Assembly (NCBI GenBank): GCA_963703945.1
Contig: CAVPGM010000045.1
Span: 50,851 to 114,850, forward strand
Source: an uncultured beta proteobacterium
GTDB taxonomy: Bacteria; Pseudomonadota; Gammaproteobacteria; Burkholderiales; Burkholderiaceae_F
Direction of reading: 5' to 3'
DNA length: 64,000 nt
Below are positions 39,858 to 50,470 of this stretch, in pieces. The notes under the pieces are model-generated. The model made no database searches. It saw only the letters and a list, made by a program, of their open reading frames with translations, and was not told where the DNA came from. Numbering within the stretch: position 1 is the first letter of the stretch; the number at the start of each line of letters is the position of its first letter. Made by a program: the position numbers and the translations under genes.

Positions 39858-40927
39858 ATGACCCGCTTCTCATCGATCGCCGAGCGCTGGTTGCGTCGCG
39901 GTCTGCAAGCCACTGTCGTCCTGAGCGTCACCGCCGCCGCCCTGTCGCCGGTCGACGGGCATGCGCAGGACAAGGTTCTCAACCTGTATTCCGCCCGCCA
40001 TTACCAGACCGACAACGCGCTGTACGACGACTTCACCAAGCAGACCGGGATCAAGATCAACCGCATCGAGCTCGGGGACGAGGCGTTGGTGCAGCGGGTC
40101 AAGACCGAGGGCGCCAACAGCCCGGCCGACGTGATCCTGCTGGTCGACGCGGCTCGCCTCTGGCGCGCCCAGATCGACGGCTTGTTTCAGCCGGTCCAGT
40201 CGAAGCTCCTCGCAGAGCGCATCCCGGCCAATCTGCGCTCGAACGACGGCACCTGGTACGGCTTTTCGACGCGTGCGCGAGCCATTGTCTACGACAAGTC
40301 GCGAGTGAAGGCGGCCGACGTCGATACCTATGAAAAACTGGCCGATTCCGAGGCTCAAGGGACTGGTCTGCACGCGCTCGGGCTCGCATCCGTACATGCT
40401 GTCGCTGATCGGCGCGATGATCGAGCGCAACGGCGAGGCAAAGACGCGAGGAATGGGCCAAGGGCATGGTCGCCAACATGGCGCGACCTCCGCGCGGCGG
40501 CGACACTGACCAGATCAAGGGCGTTGCCTCGGGCGAGTGCGGCGTGGCGCTCACCAACACCTACTACTGGCTGCGCCTGGTGCGTTCCGACGATCCGAAG
40601 GACAAGGAGGTCGTCGCCAAGGTCGGATTTCTCTGGCCGAACCAGGCGACCTCCGGCACGCACATCAATATCTCGGGCGGAGGGGTTGCCAGGAACGCGC
40701 CGAACCGGGCGAACGGCGTGCTGTTCGTCGAGTACCTGTCCGGCCCGCAGGCGCAGACCTATTTTGCCGACGGTAACAACGAGTGGCCCGTGGTGAAGGG
40801 CGCCAAGACCGATAACGCCGCGCTCGCAGCGCTGGGAACACCCAAATTCGAGAACTTGCCGATCTCGGCGATCGGCAAGAGTCAGATCGCGGCCCAGCGC
40901 ATTCTCGACCGCGTCGGCTATCGCTGA
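39858..40927 (+). pseudogene. Fe(III) ABC transporter periplasmic substrate-binding protein (FbpA-like), two frameshifts
   Basis: MTRFSS...signal...DKVLNLYSARHYQTDNALYDDF...YEKLAD is in the frame of ORF 39753..40796. The middle piece RLKGLVCTRSGSHPYMLSLIGAMIERNGEAKTR is in a second frame. EWAKGMVANMARPPRGGDTDQIKGVASGECGVALTNTYYW... is in the frame of ORF 40466..40927. Extra bases lie near 40346 (tt) and 40450 (gg). The span is 1070 nt = 3n+2. Confidence 0.85.
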
Positions 40928-40942
40928 AGCGGGGCAAGCGCC

Positions 40943-41152
40943 ATGTATATCTGCATCTGCAACGCGATCACCGAGCGGCAGATCCGCGCGGCGGTAGCGG
41001 CCGGCGCGGCCTCGCTGGGCGAAGTATCGATGCAACTCGGCGTCGGCGCCGGTTGCGGGTGCTGCCGCGAAGCGGCGCAGCAGGTGATCCGCGACAGCGT
41101 CTGCGGTGGCGACTGCGCCACCTGTGTCCGCCGCGAAGTCGCCGCAGCCTGA
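40943..41152 (+). CDS. bfd: Bacterioferritin-associated ferredoxin
   Basis: 69 aa, [15 protein letters not shown]...CGCC, a BFD-like [2Fe-2S] Cys pattern. It lies directly upstream of bfr. Confidence 0.88.
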   Translation: MYICICNAITERQIRAAVAAGAASLGEVSMQLGVGAGCGCCREAAQQVIRDSVCGGDCATCVRREVAAA

Positions 41153-41199
41153 CAAGGTCCGGTAGGCTTGCAGCTTCCCAATCCGGCGGGAATCCTCCA

Positions 41200-41676
41200 A
41201 TGGTCGGCGACAAGGCGGTCATCGCGCAGCTGAATCTTCAGCTCAAAAACGAACTTACCGCGATCAACCAGTATTTCCTGCATGCGCGCATGCTCCGCCA
41301 ATGGGGGCTGGAGCACCTCGGCAAGCGCGAGTACGACGAGTCGGTCGACGAGATGAAGCATGCCGATCGGCTGATCGAACGCATTCTGCTTCTCGAGGGT
41401 CTGCCGAATCTCCAGAACCTTGGCAAGCTGCTGATCGGGCAGGACGTTCCGGAAATCCTCAACGGTGACCTGACGCTCGAGCGCGGCTCGCAGAAGACGC
41501 TGAAAGCCGCGATCGTCGTCTGCGAGCAGGCGCAGGATTTCGTGTCGCGCGAGATCCTGGTCGATATCCTCGACGACACCGAGGAGCACATCGATGCGAT
41601 CGAAACCCAGCTCGAGCTGATTGGGCAGGTCGGACTACAGAACTACCTGCAATCGCAGATGCATCCCTCGAGCTGA
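41200..41676 (+). CDS. bfr: Bacterioferritin
   Basis: Conserved from [31 protein letters not shown]... (ATG 41200) within ORF 41053..41676; 158 aa. Confidence 0.93.
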   Translation: MVGDKAVIAQLNLQLKNELTAINQYFLHARMLRQWGLEHLGKREYDESVDEMKHADRLIERILLLEGLPNLQNLGKLLIGQDVPEILNGDLTLERGSQKTLKAAIVVCEQAQDFVSREILVDILDDTEEHIDAIETQLELIGQVGLQNYLQSQMHPSS

Positions 41677-41782
41677 TCGGGGCCGTCAACAGCCGTGCGC
41701 CGTCGCACCGACCTTGCATCGCCGACGCTGACCGACCTGCCGCCGTGAGGCGAGTGGCGCGCGGCTCGTACACTCCGCCGCC

Positions 41783-43378
41783 ATGCGCGGGAGTTCGACC
41801 GACGTCATCATCATCGGGGCCGGCCACAATGGGTTGGCGTGCGCGTGCTACCTGGCCGCTGCCGGACTCAAGGTCCGCATCATCGAGCGGCGCGGTGTGG
41901 TTGGCGGTGCGGCGGTCACCGAAGAGTTTCATCCCGGATTTCGCAACTCCACCGCGAGCTATACGGTTAGCCTGCTGCATCCGCAGGTCATCCGCGATCT
42001 GCGGCTGGTCGAGCGCGGCTTGCGCGTCGTTGAGCGACCCTATTCGAACTTCCTGCCGCTGCCCGACGGCCGCGCGTTGCGGTTCGGCAGCGATCCAGCT
42101 ACGACGCAGGCGGAGGTCGCCCGCTTCTCGGCGCGCGATGCCGAACGACTGCCGCTCTACTACGCGCGGCTCGATCGGCTCGCGCAGCAACTGAAGCAGT
42201 GGGTGCTGCAGGCGCCGCCCAATCTCGGCGGCCCGTTCGTTGTCGAAGGCTGGCGCGACCTGGTCTCAGCGGCCCGGTTGCTGCTGCAGTTCGGGCGACT
42301 GCCACGCGAAGGGCGGCGTGACCTGATCGACATCTTCACCAAGAGTGCCGGCGACTGGCTGGACGGCTGGTTCGAATCGAAGCCGTTGAAGGCCGTGCTC
42401 GGGTGGGATGCGATCGTCGGCAACTACGCGAGCCCCTATGCCGCCGGCTCGGCTTACGTGCTGCTGCATCACTGTTTCGGCGAGGTCAACGGGAAGCCCG
42501 GAAAATGGGGACATGCGATCGGCGGCATGGGAGCGATCACCCAGGCAATGGCCGGAGAGGCGATCGCGCGCGGTGTCGAGATCTCGCTGGATGCGCCGGT
42601 GTCGCGCGTGTTGGTCGAAAGCGGTGCAGCCGTCGGTGTCGAACTCGCATCGGGCGAAGAGTTGCGCGCGCGCGCGGTCGCGGCCAACGTCAACCCGAAG
42701 CTGCTGTACCAGCGGTTGCTGGACGCGAGCGAACTGCCTGCGGAGTTCAACGAGGCGATCGGCCGCTATAAATGTGGGTCCGGCACCTTCCGCCTGAACG
42801 TCGCGTTGTCGGCGCTGCCGGATTTCCGTGCGGCGCCGGGCACGCAGCCGCAGCCGCACCACGCAAGCGGCATCGTGTTCGGACCATCGCTTGCCTACAT
42901 GGACCGCGCGTGGCACGACGCCGAGGCGCACGGCTGCTCGAAGGAGCCGGTGGTCGAGATGCTGATCCCCAGCGTGGTTGACGACTCGCTGGCTCCGGCG
43001 GGACAGCACGTCGCGAGCCTCTTCTGCCAGCAGTTCGATCCGCACGCCGACTGGTCGACCCTGAAGCCGACGGCAATCGAGCGCATTTTCGACGTCGTGC
43101 AGTTGCACTGCCCGAACTTCCGCGCGGTGCTGCTCGGTTACCGCGCGCTGTCACCCGCCGACCTGGAGCAGGAGTTCGGACTGGTGGGTGGTGACATCTT
43201 CCACGGCCAGCTCTCGCTCGACCAGTTGTTCTCGATGCGCCCGGTGCTGGGGTATGCGCGCTATCGCGGGCCACTCAAGGGCCTTTATCACTGCGGCTCC
43301 GGAGCGCATCCGGGCGGCGGTGTCACGGGAGCGCCGGGCCACAACGCGGCGCGCGAGATCGCGCGCGACCTGCTTTAA
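41783..43378 (+). CDS. Phytoene-desaturase-family NAD(P)/FAD-dependent oxidoreductase
   Basis: 531 aa. N-terminal dinucleotide-binding motif DVIIIGAGHNGLACACYLA and CrtI-like length and architecture. Confidence 0.8.
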   Translation: MRGSSTDVIIIGAGHNGLACACYLAAAGLKVRIIERRGVVGGAAVTEEFHPGFRNSTASYTVSLLHPQVIRDLRLVERGLRVVERPYSNFLPLPDGRALRFGSDPATTQAEVARFSARDAERLPLYYARLDRLAQQLKQWVLQAPPNLGGPFVVEGWRDLVSAARLLLQFGRLPREGRRDLIDIFTKSAGDWLDGWFESKPLKAVLGWDAIVGNYASPYAAGSAYVLLHHCFGEVNGKPGKWGHAIGGMGAITQAMAGEAIARGVEISLDAPVSRVLVESGAAVGVELASGEELRARAVAANVNPKLLYQRLLDASELPAEFNEAIGRYKCGSGTFRLNVALSALPDFRAAPGTQPQPHHASGIVFGPSLAYMDRAWHDAEAHGCSKEPVVEMLIPSVVDDSLAPAGQHVASLFCQQFDPHADWSTLKPTAIERIFDVVQLHCPNFRAVLLGYRALSPADLEQEFGLVGGDIFHGQLSLDQLFSMRPVLGYARYRGPLKGLYHCGSGAHPGGGVTGAPGHNAAREIARDLL

Positions 43379-43402
43379 CCGTCGCTCGTGTCGTGCCCGA
43401 TG

Positions 43403-46400
43403 CTAGGCCAGCAGTTCGACGTTGCCGCCTGCGGCGGCCGTGTTGACGGTCAAAGTCCGCTCTGCGCAGAAACGCAGCAGGTAGTGGGGACCGCCCGCTT
43501 TCGGGCCGGTGCCCGACAATCCTTCGCCGCCGAAGGGCTGGCTGCCGACGACGGCGCCGATGATGTTGCGGTTGACGTAGAGATTGCCTGCCCGCGCGCG
43601 CCGGGCCACGTGCTCGACGCGCCGGTCGAGCCGCGTATGCAATCCCATCGTGAGCCCGTAGCCGGTGGCGGCGATCGCGTCGATGACCATGTCGATCTCG
43701 CGCTTGTCGTAGCGAACGATGTGCAGGATCGGGCCGAAATTTTCGGCGCCAAGATCGCCGATCGACCCGATCTCGTAGGCGATCGGCGCGAAATAGTGGC
43801 CGTTCAGTCCGGCCGGCAGTTCGCATTCGAACAACCGGCGGCCGTGCGCCCGTAGCCACTCGCGGTGCTCGCGGAGCAGCTCGAGCTGGTTCACGTCGAT
43901 CACCGGCCCGACGTCGGTACGAGGATCGGCGGGATCGCCGATGACCAACTCGCGCATCGCACCGGCAATCATCGCGCTGATGGCGTCGGCCACGTCGTTC
44001 TGCACGAACAGCACCCGCAGCGCCGAGCAACGCTGCCCGCACGACCGGAACGCGCTCGAGACCACGGCGTCGGTGACCTGCTCGGGCAGCGCGGTGGAAT
44101 CGACGATCATCGCATTCTGGCCACCGGTCTCGGCGATCAACACGCCGATCGGCGCATCACGCGACGCCAGCGCGCGGTTGATCGCGCGGGCCGTTGCGGT
44201 GGAACCGGTAAAGGCCACACCCGCCACCCGCGGATCGGAAGTCAGCGCGCGACCCACCGTTTCGCCGGCGCCGAGTACAAGCTGCAGCGCCGGTTCTGGC
44301 ACGCCGGCCCGATGCATCAGCTGGACCGCGCGATACGCGACGAGCGGCGTCTGCTCGGCCGGTTTGGCGACGACGGTGTTGCCGGTGACCAGCGCGGCCG
44401 CGATCTGCCCGCCGAAAATCGCCAGCGGGAAATTCCACGGGCTGATGCACACGAACACGCCGCGTCCGGCCAGCCGCAGTTCGTTCGATTCACCCGCCGG
44501 CCCCGGCAGCGGCTGCGGCCGCATCTGCGCGCGCGCCCGCACCGCGTAATAGCGGCAGAAGTCGACCGCTTCGCGCACTTCCAGATGAGCGTCGTTCATC
44601 GTACGACCGCCCTCGTGCACGATCAGCGCAACCAGTTCGTCGTGAGCGAACTCCCATGCGTCGGCAGCGCGTTCGATGATGTCGGCGCGCGCATCCGGAC
44701 CCAACGCATTCCACGCGGGCTGTGCGGCCATTGCGCGATCAATCGCCTCCGTCGCTGCCGCGGCATCGGATTCGGTGACCGTGCCGACCGTCTGGTCGAG
44801 CCGCGCCGGGTTGGTGACCGGCCGCTGCACGGCGCCGGGAGCCGCGGCCGACGAGACCGCGTCGACCCGCCCCGCGCGTGCCACGTCTTCGGTGAGCCGG
44901 ATCAGCTCGGGCGCGAACTGCAGGTCGATGCCCTTCGAGTTGCGCCGATCGGAAAACAGATGCGCCCCGCTCGGAAACGAGGAAGTTGGCGCATCGCTGG
45001 AGACCATGCGCTGCGCAAGCTCGTAGACGTCCTCGACCAGCGAAGCAGACGGCACGCTGCGGTCGGTGATCTGGTGCACGAAGGACGTGTTGGAGCCGTT
45101 TTCGAGCAGCCGCCGTACGAGGTATGCGAGCAGGTCGCGGAATTCGCCGACCGGCGCATACACCCGCACGCGCACGTCCGGGCTGTCGGCGAGCAATGCG
45201 TCGTACAGCGGATCGCCCATGCCGTGCAAGCGCTGGAACTCGTACTGGCGTCCGGGCGCGAGTTCGCGTGCGAACTCAACGATCGAGGCGACGGTCAGCG
45301 CATTGTGCGTGGCGAACTGAGCGTAAACGGGCGCGCCGTGAGTCAGCAGCCGGCGCGCCGTGACCAGGTACGAGACATCGGTCGCCCATTTGCGCGTGTA
45401 CACAGGAAATCCGGCCATGCCGATTTCCTGTGCGCGCTTGATTTCGGCGTCCCAGTAGGCGCCCTTGGTGAAGCGCACGGTGATCGGCCGTCGCAGCTCG
45501 CCACTGACCGCCAGCAGGTGATCGATGACGTTCAGAGCACGTGTCTGGTACGCCTGCACGGCGAGGCCGAGCCCGGGCCAGTCCGCGAGTGAGGGTTCGC
45601 GCATCAGTCGTTCGAACAGGCCGATGTGCAGCGCGAGGCGCTCGGACTCTTCGGCGTCGATCGTCAGATTGACGTCGGCGCTGCGTGCGAGCTGGCCGAG
45701 CTCGACCAGTCGCGGATACAGCTCGCGGTCGCTGCGCTCGACCTGCGCCGTTTCGAAGCGGGGATGGATCGCCGACAGCTTGACCGAGATGCCGTCGCGC
45801 GACATCCAGTCGGTGCCGCCGGTGGCCTTCAGCGCTGACAGTGCGTCGACATACGAGCGATACGCACGGTCGGCATCGCTGCGGGTACGCGCGCCTTCGC
45901 CCAACATGTCGAACGAGTACATCACCCGTGCATCGGGACGCCTCGTCGCGCGGCGTAGTGCGTCAGGCAGTGTCGTTGCGAACACGAACTGGTCACCGAA
46001 CCGTCTTATGCCATCGATCACCAGCGGCCGCAGCGCGCTGCGGGCAAGCCAGGCCCGCAAGGTATGGGTATCGGCGCCGGCCTCGCTCAGCTCGGCCTCG
46101 GCGGCCGTGTGGCCAGCGATGCTCAGCGCAGTTGTCAGCACCCTTGTGATGAAGTTGCCCTCGCCACCCGTCCGACCCTGGCGAAAGGCGGCCAGCTTCT
46201 CGGCGATAAGCCAGGTCTGCGTGTCGGCATCAGGAGCGCGCAACAGGGCCTCGGCGAGGCGCAGCAGGGCGATGCCTTCGGGCGTTGCAAGCGGAAAGGA
46301 ATTCAGCAGGTTCTGCGCCGACAGCAGTCCGGGATCGAAGGCCCGGACCGCTTCGATGTAGCGCAACGCACGCGCGCGCGCAGCGGCGCGCACTTGGGGC

Positions 46401-46504
46401 GAGGGCAGGCCGCCAGCGAGCAGGGCGAGGATCGCGCTGCGCTCGTCTGCGTACGGATCGCCCAGGTCGGGCAGCCGTCGCAGCGCTTCCAGCACGTCTG
46501 GCAT
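43403..46504 (-). CDS. putA: Bifunctional proline dehydrogenase / L-glutamate gamma-semialdehyde dehydrogenase PutA
   Basis: ORF 43403..46675. Conserved from MPDVLEALRR (46504). PRODH barrel (FDMLGEGART...) followed by an aldehyde dehydrogenase domain (...FTGSTATARAI..., ...ETGGQNAMIVDSTALPEQ...SAFRSCGQRCSALR...). Confidence 0.93.
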   Translation of the reverse strand: MPDVLEALRRLPDLGDPYADERSAILALLAGGLPSPQVRAAARARALRYIEAVRAFDPGLLSAQNLLNSFPLATPEGIALLRLAEALLRAPDADTQTWLIAEKLAAFRQGRTGGEGNFITRVLTTALSIAGHTAAEAELSEAGADTHTLRAWLARSALRPLVIDGIRRFGDQFVFATTLPDALRRATRRPDARVMYSFDMLGEGARTRSDADRAYRSYVDALSALKATGGTDWMSRDGISVKLSAIHPRFETAQVERSDRELYPRLVELGQLARSADVNLTIDAEESERLALHIGLFERLMREPSLADWPGLGLAVQAYQTRALNVIDHLLAVSGELRRPITVRFTKGAYWDAEIKRAQEIGMAGFPVYTRKWATDVSYLVTARRLLTHGAPVYAQFATHNALTVASIVEFARELAPGRQYEFQRLHGMGDPLYDALLADSPDVRVRVYAPVGEFRDLLAYLVRRLLENGSNTSFVHQITDRSVPSASLVEDVYELAQRMVSSDAPTSSFPSGAHLFSDRRNSKGIDLQFAPELIRLTEDVARAGRVDAVSSAAAPGAVQRPVTNPARLDQTVGTVTESDAAAATEAIDRAMAAQPAWNALGPDARADIIERAADAWEFAHDELVALIVHEGGRTMNDAHLEVREAVDFCRYYAVRARAQMRPQPLPGPAGESNELRLAGRGVFVCISPWNFPLAIFGGQIAAALVTGNTVVAKPAEQTPLVAYRAVQLMHRAGVPEPALQLVLGAGETVGRALTSDPRVAGVAFTGSTATARAINRALASRDAPIGVLIAETGGQNAMIVDSTALPEQVTDAVVSSAFRSCGQRCSALRVLFVQNDVADAISAMIAGAMRELVIGDPADPRTDVGPVIDVNQLELLREHREWLRAHGRRLFECELPAGLNGHYFAPIAYEIGSIGDLGAENFGPILHIVRYDKREIDMVIDAIAATGYGLTMGLHTRLDRRVEHVARRARAGNLYVNRNIIGAVVGSQPFGGEGLSGTGPKAGGPHYLLRFCAERTLTVNTAAAGGNVELLA

Positions 46505-46735
46505 GTGAACTCCAGCGAGGAATGTGCGAGGGAAATGTAGCAGGGGCCTCCCATGACAGCGGGCACTAGACTGGGGCGCCATGCCCGATTTCGCCGTTGG
46601 GTGCGGTGACGCCCCCCGATCGGGAGGGGGGAGGTCGGTCGGCCCGCATGCGACTCTTATAATCGAACGCTTCATCCACGTCCGGGATCGGTGCGCCGAT
46701 CCTCGGCAGCGCGTTCAACATCGGAAGCGAGCCCT

Positions 46736-47485
46736 ATGAAGATCCTCGTCACCGTCAAGCGTGTGGTCGACTACAACGTCAAGGTCCGGGTCAAATCGGA
46801 CGGCAGCGGCGTCGACATCGCCAACGTCAAGATGTCGATGAATCCGTTCGACGAGATTGCCGTCGAGGAAGCCGTGCGGCTGAAGGAGGCGGGCACCGCT
46901 ACCGAAGTAGTCGCCGTGTCGTGCGGCATTCCGCAGTGCCAGGAGACGCTGCGCACGGCGATGGCGATCGGCGCCGATCGCGGCATCCTGGTGGAGACTG
47001 ACGTCGAACTGCAGCCGCTTGCGGTCGCCAAGCTGCTGAAGGCGATCGTCGACAAGGAGAAGCCGGATCTCGTCATCCTCGGCAAGCAGGCGATCGACGA
47101 TGATGCGAACCAGACCGGACAGATGCTGGCGGCGCTGCTCGATGTCCCGCAGGGTGCGTTTGCGTCAAAACTCAAGATCGCCGATGGCCGCGCCGAAGTG
47201 ACGCGCGAGGTCGATGGTGGTCTCGAAACGATCTCGATCAGGCTGCCGGCGGTCGTCACTGCCGATTTGCGTCTGAACGAGCCCCGCTATGTGACGCTGC
47301 CGAACATCATGAAGGCGAAGAAGAAACCGCTGGAGACACTGAAGCCCGCCGATCTCGGTGTCGACGTCACCCCGCGTCTGAAGACGCTGAAGGTATCGGA
47401 GCCGCCGGCACGCAAGGCCGGCATTCGCGTGCCGGACGTCGCCACGCTGGTCGCCAAACTGAAGAACGAAGCCAAGGCCATCTGA
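46736..47485 (+). CDS. etfB: Electron transfer flavoprotein subunit beta
   Basis: Conserved from [27 protein letters not shown] within ORF 46691..47485. Confidence 0.93.
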   Translation: MKILVTVKRVVDYNVKVRVKSDGSGVDIANVKMSMNPFDEIAVEEAVRLKEAGTATEVVAVSCGIPQCQETLRTAMAIGADRGILVETDVELQPLAVAKLLKAIVDKEKPDLVILGKQAIDDDANQTGQMLAALLDVPQGAFASKLKIADGRAEVTREVDGGLETISIRLPAVVTADLRLNEPRYVTLPNIMKAKKKPLETLKPADLGVDVTPRLKTLKVSEPPARKAGIRVPDVATLVAKLKNEAKAI

Positions 47486-47492
47486 GAACGCC

Positions 47493-48425
47493 ATGACAGC
47501 ACTCGTCCTCGCCGAACACGACAACACCTCCCTCAAGGGCCCGACTTTCAACACGGTAACAGCCGCCGCCAAGGCAGGTGGCGATGTCCACGTGCTGGTC
47601 GTCGGCCATAACGCCGCGGCGGCCGCGCAGGCGGCATCCCGCATCGCCGGTGTCGGCAAGGTGTTGCTGGCGGACGGCCCGCAGTTCGCCGACGGGCTCG
47701 CCGAACCGGTCACCGCGCAAGTGGTGGCGCTGGCCGGCGGCTACACGCATGTCTTCGCACCGGCGACCGCGTACGGCAAGAACATCCTGCCGCGGGTGGC
47801 CGCCAAACTCGACGCGGCGCAGGTCTCTGATATCAGCAGCGTCGAGTCGGCCGACACCTTCACACGCCCGATTTACGCCGGCAACGCGATCGCCACCGTG
47901 CAGTCGAGCGACAAGATCAAGGTCATCACCGCGCGGCCGACCAATTTCGATGCGGCACCGGCCGAGGGAGGATCGGCGGCGGTCGAGAACGTCACGGCAG
48001 TGGCGGCTGCCGACAGTTCGCGTTTTGTCGGCCGCGACATTGCCAAGTCCGACCGACCCGAACTGCAGGGCGCCAAGGTGGTCGTGTCCGGCGGTCGCGG
48101 TATGGGTTCGGCCGAGAACTTCAAGCTGCTCGAGCCGCTGGCCGACCGGCTGAACGCGGCGATGGGTGCCTCGCGCGCTGCAGTGGACGCCGGCTATGCG
48201 CCCAACGACTGGCAGGTCGGACAGACCGGCAAGGTAGTCGCGCCGCAGCTGTATGTCGCAGTCGGCATCTCGGGGGCGATCCAGCATCTGGCCGGGATGA
48301 AGGATTCGAAGGTGATCGTGGCGATCAACAAGGATCCCGAGGCGCCGATCTTCTCGGTTGCCGATTACGGACTGGTCGGTGACCTGTTCGAAGTGATTCC
48401 GCAACTGGTCAAGGAACTCGGCTGA
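47493..48425 (+). CDS. etfA: Electron transfer flavoprotein subunit alpha
   Basis: 310 aa. C-terminal FAD-binding motif ...[31 protein letters not shown]... Confidence 0.93.
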   Translation: MTALVLAEHDNTSLKGPTFNTVTAAAKAGGDVHVLVVGHNAAAAAQAASRIAGVGKVLLADGPQFADGLAEPVTAQVVALAGGYTHVFAPATAYGKNILPRVAAKLDAAQVSDISSVESADTFTRPIYAGNAIATVQSSDKIKVITARPTNFDAAPAEGGSAAVENVTAVAAADSSRFVGRDIAKSDRPELQGAKVVVSGGRGMGSAENFKLLEPLADRLNAAMGASRAAVDAGYAPNDWQVGQTGKVVAPQLYVAVGISGAIQHLAGMKDSKVIVAINKDPEAPIFSVADYGLVGDLFEVIPQLVKELG

Positions 48426-48477
48426 CGCGTGATGTCCGTGGCACGCTCAACCGATCAATGCATTCGACGGTAACCCG

Positions 48478-50278
48478 ATGAGCTACACGCGCCCCGCTCA
48501 AGGACATGCTGTTCGTGCTGCACGAACTGGCCGGCCTTGAAGCAGGTTCAGCAGCTTGCCCGGCTGCGAGGACGCGACCGACGAGACCGTGCAGGCCGTG
48601 CTCGAGGAGAACGCGCGCTTTATGGGCGAGGTGGTGGCGCCGCTCAACTGGAGCGGCGACACGCAGCCCGGCGAGTGGACCAATGGCAGCGTGACACCAG
48701 CCCGGGCTTCCGCGATGCTTTCCAGGTCGTTCGCCGAGGCCGGTTGGCAGGGAGTGCAGCATCCGTCGCAGTACGGCGGCCAGGGACTGCCCAAAATCGT
48801 CGGCGCCGCGTGCATGGAAATGATGCAGGCGGCCAACCTGTCGTTCGCGCTGTGTCCGCTGCTGACCGACGGTGCGATCGAAGCGCTGCTGGTGGCGGGC
48901 TCGGACGAGCAGAAGGACACCTACCTGCCGCGCCTGATCGACGGCGCTGGACCGGAACGATGAACCTGACCGAGGCGCAGGCCGGCTCGGACCTGTCGCA
49001 GGTGCGCACGCGCGCCGCTGCCGCAGGCCGACGGCACCTACCGCGTGTTCGGACAGAAGATCTTCATCACCTACGGTGATCACGATCTCGCCGAGAACAT
49101 CATCCATCTCGTGCTGGCGCGGACGCCGAACGCACCCGAGGGCGTAAAGGGCATCTCGCTCTTCATCGTGCCGAAGGTCGTGTCGCGCGGACGACACGCT
49201 CGGCAAGCGCAACGACGTGTACTGCGCGTCGATCGAGCACAAGCTCGGCATCAAGGCGAGCCCGACCTGCGTGCTGCTCTACGGCGACGACAAGGGCGAG
49301 GTCGGCCCCGGAGCGATCGGCTACCTGGTCGGCGAGGAGAACCGCGGCCTCGAGTACATGTTCGTGATGATGAACGCCGCGCGCTTCCAGGTCGGCATGC
49401 AGGGCATCGCCGTCTGCGACCGCGCCTACCAGAAGGCTGCGGCCTACGCGAAGGATCGCGTGCAGAGTCGGGCAATCGAAGGCTCGAGCGCGCCGGTACC
49501 GATCATTCAGCATCCCGACGTGCGGCGGATGCTGATGTTCATGCGCTCGAACACCGAAGCGGCGCGGGCGGTCGCCTACGTGGCGGCCGGCTACCACGAC
49601 GTTGCGCACCATCATCCCGACCCGCCGGTACGCAAGGAGGCGCAGGCTGCCTACGAATACCTCGTGCCCATCGTCAAAGGCTGGTCGACCGAGATCTCGA
49701 TCGATGTCGCGTCGACGGGCGTGCAGGTACACGGCGGCATGGGCTTCATCGAGGAAACGGGCGCGGCGCAGTTCTATCGCGATGCGCGGATCCTGACGAT
49801 CTACGAAGGCACCACCGCGATCCAGGCGAACGATCTGGTCGGACGCAAGACCGCGCGCGATGGCGGGTCGACGGCAAAGGCCTTTATCCAGCAGATGAAG
49901 GCCACGGCAGCCGAGCTGGAAAAAGCAGGTGGCGAACTCCGTGCGATCGCCACGCGCCTGCGGCCGGCCGTCGACTCCTACGGCGAGGCGGTCGAGTACA
50001 TCGTGGCGCAGTACAAGGGTGACATCCGCTCGGTATTCGCCGGCTCGGTCCCCTATCTGAAGTTGGCAGGCATCGTGCATGGCGGTTGGCAGATGGGCCG
50101 GGCAGCACTGGCGGCTGACCGCCTGATCACGCAGCATCGCGATACCGCCTTTGCGCAGGCCAAGATCGCCACCGCGCGATTCTTCGCTGACCACATGCTC
50201 GTCACCGCGCCCTCGCTGGCCGCCAGCATCGTCGCCGGCAGCACCGGCACCCTCGCTCTGGCCGAAGAGCAGTTCTGA
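48478..50278 (+). pseudogene. Large (about 598 aa) acyl-CoA dehydrogenase linked to etfBA; about eight indels in the first 720 bp as sequenced
   Basis: Conserved ACAD peptides are distributed over ORFs 48556..48963, 48537..49079, 49045..50022 and 49217..50278, plus short unlisted pieces starting at ATG 48478 (MSYTRP / LKDMLFVLHELAGLEA / VQQL / PGCEDATDE...). The last 1.06 kb is intact. The span is 1801 nt = 3n+1, which matches the net indel count. Confidence 0.85.
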
Positions 50279-50331
50279 AGTCGACACGGACGGGCCAGGC
50301 TGCAAGCCTGGGAGAAGACAATACCCTCTCG

Positions 50332-50346
50332 ATAGTCAATGACTAT
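50332..50346. promoter_or_regulatory. Perfect 7-1-7 palindrome ATAGTCAATGACTAT (ATAG-N7-CTAT, LysR/OxyR-like T-N11-A core) upstream of rubrerythrin
   Basis: It lies in the most AT-rich stretch of the window (about 50320..50375), about 125 nt upstream of the rubrerythrin ATG. A further ATAG follows 3 nt downstream. Confidence 0.4.
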
Positions 50347-50470
50347 TGAATAGATTAACATAATTATTTTGTTAGATGAAGACCGGCGGCGTAGGCTGCT
50401 TTGCAGCCGTGTCCCTTTTCACAAGTGGGCGCTGCGGAGAGTTCTACCGATCCAAGCGAGGAGGATGTCC

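Noticed and set aside
46612-46631. CCCCCCGATCGGGAGGGGGG inverted repeat / G-rich tract in the putA-etfB divergent intergenic region
   Set aside because: It is short and low complexity. It could be a hairpin, a regulator site (core palindrome CCCGATCGGG) or chance in GC-rich DNA. No second copy or supporting context was seen.
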